Below, piece after piece: positions 56,925 to 64,000 of a DNA stretch of 64,000 bases; positions within the stretch are counted from its first letter, which is position 1, and each line of letters begins with the position of its first letter. The stretch comes from Tubiluchus corallicola. Its lineage: Eukaryota > Animalia > Priapulida. The stretch lies in contig JAQGDQ010000921.1 of NCBI GenBank assembly GCA_030141605.1, forward strand, positions 1-64,000, given 5' to 3'. Below the pieces are notes generated by a model. That model had not been told where the DNA came from. It did not search any database and saw only the letters and a program-made list of their open reading frames with translations. Made by a program: the position numbers and the translations under genes.

Positions 56925-57070
56925 TTAAATTTATGAACTAAACTCTTTTTTGCAATTTATGAATTAAGCACTTTTTTACAATTTATGAACTAAACTCTTT
57001 TTTTACAATTGATGAATTAAACACTTTTTTTACTATTTATGAAATAACACTTTTTTAAATGTATGAATTA
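56925..57070 (+). repeat. Short ~26-bp tandem array
   Basis: AATTTATGAAYTAAACWCTTTTTT repeated about 5 times. Confidence 0.8.
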
Positions 57071-57639
57071 TGATTGTGTTCAGTCGAAGCTATGTTTTTA
57101 CTTTTTCAGTGTAGGGCATTTGTCCTGGGTGGTTATGTCACCTAGACTGTTTAATCTGTCACACATACCCTGGTTATTTATTTACGTGGAAAACAACTTA
57201 TTCGTATTCGAACCAGGTAACACATTTCTGGCAGTTCTGGCATCTTACAGAATTATCTTTTGCAACGAGGGAATTTCTGGCCACAATCATCGTGTAAAAG
57301 TGATCGAAATGACCAATGCAGAGTTTTGACTGACCATGTACCGCACTGCCTCTCCACAAATTTCAATAAGATTATCTTTTCAGTCTGAAAATGCAATTTT
57401 ACATTTACACGAATTGGGCATAATTACAATTAAAAATAATTAGCTAATGTCTGAGGAATGGAGAAAGCCATTAACGAATGAACCAGGCATGAATGCACTT
57501 ACGGTGGTCCACATTAATTAGTGGTTTCTGTTTAATTTACTAAAAGTATAAAAAACAAATGTAATTTCGAAATCACATGTCGCATGTGTAGTGCACTAAA
57601 TTTAGCGCACTTTGCCCTACAGCATTAAACCATGACATG

Positions 57640-58169
57640 ACAAGAGTCTCGAAGCAGTAAATTCCTACCCGTTCTCATTGGTTGCTGGACTTCTTCTTGA
57701 TGACGTCAAACTAACATGGCGAAGTTGTTGAATCCGGGTGGTGAATGCATTAAACGTTCTAACTAATGTACAGCAGTTGCACTGTTACCTAGCATAATGT
57801 CTGAGCATAGCTATGCTGCTTGATTTACCTGTCTACTGATAAACTAAAGCACTAGGAGTACTGTGTACCACAGCAACTAAAATCTTGTAGTCGGCATGCA
57901 TGTGTTGTGTAAAATATGTGTAGTATTTATAAACTGTTATTATCAATAAATGTGTGTTTGCAAACCAAAATCACCCATAAGTCAGCATAGTTGAAACTAC
58001 GTTATGATACTTCAAATTAGTGCTCGAGTTCCAGTTTTATCAGTTTTCAAAACAGTAACAAAACTTTTAGTCTTGTAGTCGACAACTCCGCCATTTTAAT
58101 TTGACGTCAGCATGGCGAAGTACCGCAGCCAATGAGAATGCGTATGAAAGTACTGCCCGAGACTCTTGT
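57640..58169. mobile_element. MITE with ~90-bp imperfect TIRs
   Basis: ACAAGAGTCTCG..TTCTCATTGG..TGACGTCAAA..ATGGCG at 57640-57731 is mirrored at 58079-58169. Confidence 0.75.
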
Positions 58170-59469
58170 AGCAATACTGTTCTAATGGCGCTATTACATG
58201 ACTGCCGAGCATCGTAAGTCAGGTGGAAAATGGAAATGTTAAACATTCCGTGCAAATCTATGTTACTTAGCATCTCACTTACCTACTGGAAAGACTTATG
58301 TAACTATAAGGAAAATATTAATTATTAAAATATTTTCACCAATTGGTAAAATGTAGTTGATTCACCTCCAGGGTGCACCACTCACTAACCAAATAACATA
58401 TTTTAGTCTTGTTTACAACATAAAGTAATTTAAAATTTTACTTAGTTACTAACATGTGCGCTACCAGTGCTCTGATTATTTTTCAAACTAAAATTTAGCG
58501 TTTTCTAATCTGCTTTCAAATGGCTTGTCGTCAAAATGGCTTCGTGTAACGGTCATCGTGGGAGTTTAAACTTACATGTTTTGTACAGCGTTACTAACGA
58601 CGCATGTGAGTATGTAAGTGGTATAAAATTTCAAGACGATTTTTTAAGTTTTATGTAAGTTGAGGGTTTTCTTGTACTTTAAGACCAACAGAGAGCCTGA
58701 TCGCAAACTGACTACATATTTATGACTTCTTAAATCTACCTTTCTCTATCGAACCATTCTGAATCTGCTATTCCATTTCGAAAGTATAAAATTCGCTTAT
58801 GCTTTACGATAGAATTATGATCATATCTAAGAAAATACGCTATTCTTATTCGTCGTTATTAAACCGTTTGGCAAAAGACGAACAAAAGACGGTTTTGTAA
58901 TCCACGAGAAATTCGTTCGACACAAATTTTTGGTTTTTGCAAAACATGGAAAAACAACCTCAATACATGTATAGCAACATTGAAAAACAATCAGATATTA
59001 TTGAAACTGTTGGCTCATTTTGCATCTTTATTTAGCACCCAAAGGCAGGTCCTACTTGTCAAACGTTGTCAAAGCTCAATATGGCTTTAGCGAAGTTATT
59101 TCACATCTGTATAGCGGCCTTCATTATGTAAATACCAATATATACAATCTTCGTAAACAACTGCTGAACCTTTACCGCTTTACCGTTCTAAACACTTTAA
59201 AAAGTAGTTTTAAACCATATGCACGTTTTAATTATTAGTAAGTTCATTACTACTGTATACACAGTGACACGAGATATTATAGTAATAGATTTTAATAAAA
59301 TTATTCAATAAATTATTGTCTTTCAAATTTAATTTAAACTTCATATTACCTTAATTAATGTCATGTAAAGTCGTTTTAATAAATTAAAATTAAATTTAAA
59401 TTTAAGCCTCAGTGAACCATAATGTAATGTAATTTAACCTTTAGGTTACAAGAATGTTTTTAATAAAAT

Positions 59470-60400
59470 AAATATATTTATTTAACCATTAAGTAAATTA
59501 TTGGAGACGAAGAAAAACTAGACTTAAAAGAAATGTGTCCCATCGAAACAAAGAAACCACGTGTATGTGCTATAATAATTCAACCACAAAAACACATACT
59601 AAGTTAACTCAGTCGGGCCTGGCTTCAAATATTTTGTAGGCCAATCTAGTATTCATTTTAATAACTTCTACAGGTTGTGACGCATTTAAAAACACAAACT
59701 GCTCATTAGGAGACATATAATGAAAGTTAGGACAGAAAGAATACAAAAACAATTCCTCTCTTACATGATTGTACAGTGAACACTCAGGATAGAAATCATA
59801 AAGAATACAAAAACATTCCTCTTTTACACGAGCGTACAGTGAACATTCATTAGAGAAATCAGAAAGTCTACAAAACATTCCTCTTTTGAATGAGCGTACA
59901 TTGAACACTCAGGATAGAAATCAGGAAGAATACAAAAACATTCCTCTCGTACATGAGCGTGCAGTGAACACTCAGGATAAAAAACAGAAAGAATGCAAAA
60001 ACATTCCTTTCTTACATGAGCTACAGTGAACACTCAGGACAGAAATCAGAAACAATACAAAAACATTCCTCTCTCACATGATCGTACATTGAAAACTGAG
60101 GATAGAAATCAGAAAGAATACAAAAACATTCCTCTCTTACATGAACGTACAGTGAACACTTAGGATAGAAATCAGAAAGAATGCAAAAACATTCCTTTCT
60201 TACATGAGCGTACAGTGAACACACAGTAATTATATGCAATTCATCCTCTACTTTATTCAAACTACAATGTTTACATATCACTTGTATACATATATTTTTC
60301 CGGCTTACGATATCTACCGATTTTGCCAAGCGAAACAGCACAGAGGCACTCATCCATTTCCAGGCTAAACTCGGTATTGCTTAAGTTATCAGCTAATCAA
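59470..60400 (-). mobile_element. 3' fragment of an RTE-X-like LINE with an internal tandem array
   Basis: Minus-strand frames give KIGRYRKP, then ICKHCSLNKVEDELHIITVCSLYAHVR (CCHC finger of the Cx2C..EDExH...CxxY..R type). After the array comes PNEQFVFL...LAYKIFEAR*, then an AT-rich 3' UTR with AATAAA. Clade assignment is from motif recall. Confidence 0.7.
59720..60222 (-). repeat. 63-bp minisatellite, ~8 units
   Basis: Unit starts at 59773, 59836, 59898, 59961, 60023, 60086, 60149 and 60212 (period 63, two 1-nt deletions). Minus strand reads CSLYAHVREECFCILSDFYPE repeated. Confidence 0.95.
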
Positions 60401-61269
60401 CACAGTTACAGCTATTGTTGTTACAGTGGCAACGACCAGCGAAGCAGCAATATTCATATAGTATAAATAAGATAAACAAGTAAATATACAAAAATATGCC
60501 TGTATAAATATTACATGGACTAGCACATGACTCACACTATATTTTGTTCATCACTAATAATGCCCAAACATTCTACATAGTGTTTTTCATATCTAATCCC
60601 CATATTGAATTACGGCTAAAAATACATTTTAACACTTAGAATGGCAACAAAGCGCTTCCACCAAATATTAATTGCAGTGCCAAACTTAAAGAATAGGTTA
60701 AAAATAGAATTAATGGCATGCCAGCCCAGCGCAAGAGATGACATCACAAACTAACATAATTTTCAACAACACAAATATTCCATTGTGCGTCTTGCATGTG
60801 TTTGGGAAAGCAAAATTGAAGTTCTATTGTACAACATTTACTGCGATACACAAAAGTAATTCAAAGATCAAAAGTAAGTTCAAAAATCAGACTAACGTTT
60901 ATTACTGTGCTCACACATGAATGCACGAACGTGTGCACAGCATCACAACTGAACGTCTCTTAGTGAGCGGTGCTGCACGTGTGTTTAGACAACGTGTTTC
61001 CGAAATGTAAACGCTGATGCCCAACTAACTAGCAAATGGCGAAATGGGGCGTAATAGTAAAGAACTAGCAGCGCAAAAGCAAAATTACGTTTCTGTGGTA
61101 ATAATACATAAGTCACTCTTGGAAAATCTTCCCTTTCAATATATTATACGATAAATTGTTTTCAGCTGTAGTTTATGACTGGGTCCTGTTTTCGTTTAAC
61201 TATTTGGCGGCGGTAGCAAACTGACAGATCTAGCTATGTGCATCGTAATTCATCTTTCTCGTAATCTGC

Positions 61270-61400
61270 CATCTTCTCTACAAAGTTTCGAGAAAATCTG
61301 TTAAATAGTTTTTGCGCAATAAGCTTAATGTTGTATAACAGACAAAAAACAACCAAACAAGCAGACAGTGTTGAAGCAACTTCTTTGGAAGAGGTAAAAA
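61270..61400 (+). mobile_element. Helentron/HINE-like 3' end fragment
   Basis: CAAAGTTTCGAGAAAATC..GTTTTTGCG..(ACAG/AAAC)n-like tract..AACTTCTTTGGAAGAGGTAA resembles the DINE/HINE layout (microsatellite then terminal hairpin). Confidence 0.5.
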
Positions 61401-62719
61401 ACCAAATTAATTAAAAAATAATTATTTACACAGGAACCCTAGCCCTGAACTTGTGTCATTTTATTCTGGTATCATTTTTACCTGCGCCATTTTACCTGCA
61501 CTATTTTACCTGGTCAACATGGTTTGACTTTGAGTAGATGACTCGCTATATGCCTGCTGTCTAACACGTAAAAACTTCAAGGTAAGGCATCGTCTGCAAA
61601 TCCATGAGCCACTCTAAACCCAGAGAAAATTCTTCAAGCATTTTAAGTGAAGGAATTACATTTACGGCTCTCTATATCAGCCACTAAAGGAGGACAGGAT
61701 GGTTTTTCATTTACTACCCCATTTTCAAGTCCGATAAAAATATACATTTTAACACATTTACTACTGAAAAACTGTTTCTGATAATTAAGTAACAGATTAA
61801 ATATTTAATTAGTGGCTACCGAGCCCAACTATTGATGGCATCTCAAACTAACATAATTTTCAACAGAAAAATATTCCATGAGCGTGTTTCACGTGTTTGC
61901 GAAAACGAAAATTGAAGTACATTGCTACTGTAAGATGTTCAGTGTGTTGTACTAAAACTAGACAAGTTTAAAAATAAAAACTCGAATTTCAAATTTACCG
62001 CTGTACTCGCGCATGAGCTGCCAAACGTTTGCAGTTCATCAAAAACTAATACATCTGAACTAAGAGGTACAGCACCTGTTTTTGTTGCAATGCTTTTCCG
62101 AAATGATGGCGCTAGTGACCGACTACCCAGAGATTGGCGAAATGCATGTGGCAGCGAAGAACTAGTGGCGCGAACTCGAAATTGTGTTTGTGTGGTAATA
62201 ATTCTTTCGCGCCAAGTCATTTTTTGAAAAAAATAGTATGCTTCCTTTCAATATTTTAAAGACTTGATTGTTTTTACCTACAGTTTAAGATTGGGTTCAA
62301 TTTTGCTTTAAATCTCTGTTTTTACCTATGCGAAAAACTGCATCTAGCTTTAACGATATCAAGATTTATATAAATAAATATATAAGATTTATATAATCAG
62401 AATTTGCCCAGTAAGCAGAATTAGATTTTCACAGTCATTATCTAATTAATGACATTAATTACATCTAATTTGTTTGCATTTGTTTCGTAGCTTATTTCAG
62501 TCCTGTCAGAGTTTCCAAATATCTGCCCTTATGTACATGCTTACAAAAGACAAATCAAAAAGCAAAAATTAAAACGAAATTTATACTCTTTAACTACGTT
62601 TTAATGTTCTTCACGTTCACTGAAATTGTCACATTTTACTTATCAACAAGTGGTTAATTTTAGTTTAATCCGTTTATTTTACTAGGCGTATTGTTGGTTT
62701 ATAAATACCATGGCGAATG

Positions 62720-63831
62720 TCTTAAACAGCAGATAGCAGCACTTCTCTCACAAGAACAATTTACATTCCAGAAAAAAGCTTTTAGAGTTTAAAGCTTTAT
62801 TCTCAGATAACATCGCTCTGTTGAGTGCAGGTATAATTTACTTAATGACAGATCAATTTCAGACAAAGCTTCTCTGTACATCAGCAAAAATGTTAATCCC
62901 CTTGACTATGTATCAACAAAGATGTTTATCAAGCATAAAGCTGATTAACTATAGAATGATCTTCTGGCTTGAATGCAGACGCTCGTTTTCTAAATAGCAG
63001 ATCAATTTACAAACACGACTCCCTCATCTCAACAACAAAAGCTTTATCCTGTTGTAAGCTGATTAACTGTAAGATAATTTGCTGAAATCCAAGAAAACAA
63101 GCAGCTAGTCAGTTCACCAGAAATTATCCCTCTAGCAGCCAATTGGGGAATATTTGTAAACTGTTAGGGATGATGATAGAAAGCTTCCCGCTTAGAAAAA
63201 CAAAATTCCTAAAAATAAATGCGAGTAGAAATAAGTAAGTGTTAACTAGACATTTCAAAAACACATTTATTTTCATAAACGCCGTTACTAACACAACCAA
63301 ATAAAAGTTTGTTTATCTGATATTCCCTGCTGCTGTGTGACAATTAATACTTGAAACGTGACCAAAAGTTTAACAGTTTAACAAATATGTCAGAATTATC
63401 GCCAAAGATGTTTTAAGAAGTTTTAAAAGTCGCTCTTTACTAGATGTCACTGGTTCTATCACGAGGCTCATGTTAATTTCCGCAAAACTATAAACAACTT
63501 CTATTGCGCTGTTAGGGACTAACAAATTGCTAAAATGTTTTGTTGATGTTTCAAAGCTTGTTAATCAGCTTATAAGATCAAGTTAAAATATTAACATCAG
63601 CCCACTGATAATGCCGTGCTTAGCGCAAAAGTGACCATTGTTCCATCAAGTATTCAAGGTGGGATAATTTAACCTATGGCAGCAGTTTAAATTGATTAAA
63701 CAATTGTACCTGCAAATTGGACAAAAGGAATGGCATGACGAAAATGGTGAAAAGAATCAATTGAATTACATGCAATATGAGAGGGGATGAGAGAAGAGTG
63801 AGAGAAACAGAGAGAGAAGAACATAGAGAAT

Positions 63832-63912
<81 letters not shown>

Positions 63913-64000
63913 AAGAGAATCCAGTGTCCTTGATCGTAAGGTTGAGATAATGACATTTAAGGATGTTTCAGGCTGCTATCAGTGTTTGGAATCTACAACT
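62720..64000 (+). repeat. Paralogous non-coding module, copy 3 (runs off the window; (GA)n 63833-63908)
   Basis: Joins the 46790-type segment to the 39400/52605-type segment. The end matches 53800-53885 almost exactly. Confidence 0.85.

Overview
AT-rich, repeat-dense animal (probably invertebrate) genomic DNA. I found no convincing host protein-coding gene. Main content: (1) a Bel/Pao LTR retrotransposon with an uninterrupted 1977-aa polyprotein ORF (468-6401, minus strand); (2) a nested LTR complex at 29-36.4 kb, in which a Gmr1/SCAN-type Gypsy gag lies between two ~1-kb LTRs in inverted orientation and abuts a decayed PHD-bearing Bel/Pao element; (3) 3' fragments of two different LINEs (RTE-like at 20.7-22.3 kb, RTE-X-like at 59.5-60.4 kb), each carrying a 63-bp (21-codon) tandem array that grew out of its C-terminal zinc-finger coding sequence; (4) a modular dispersed repeat with an internal 69-bp VNTR, shuffled and inverted between 8.7-13.1 kb and 41.2-43.5 kb; (5) four paralogous non-coding modules, most of them enriched in TAATCC (K50 homeodomain) sites, two with a conserved CGTGGGAA (CSL) site; (6) many TTAA-flanked Kolobok-like MITEs, other MITEs, a likely SINE, a decayed Academ-like transposase and microsatellites. 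All alignments were done by eye, so boundaries are approximate unless termini are quoted.
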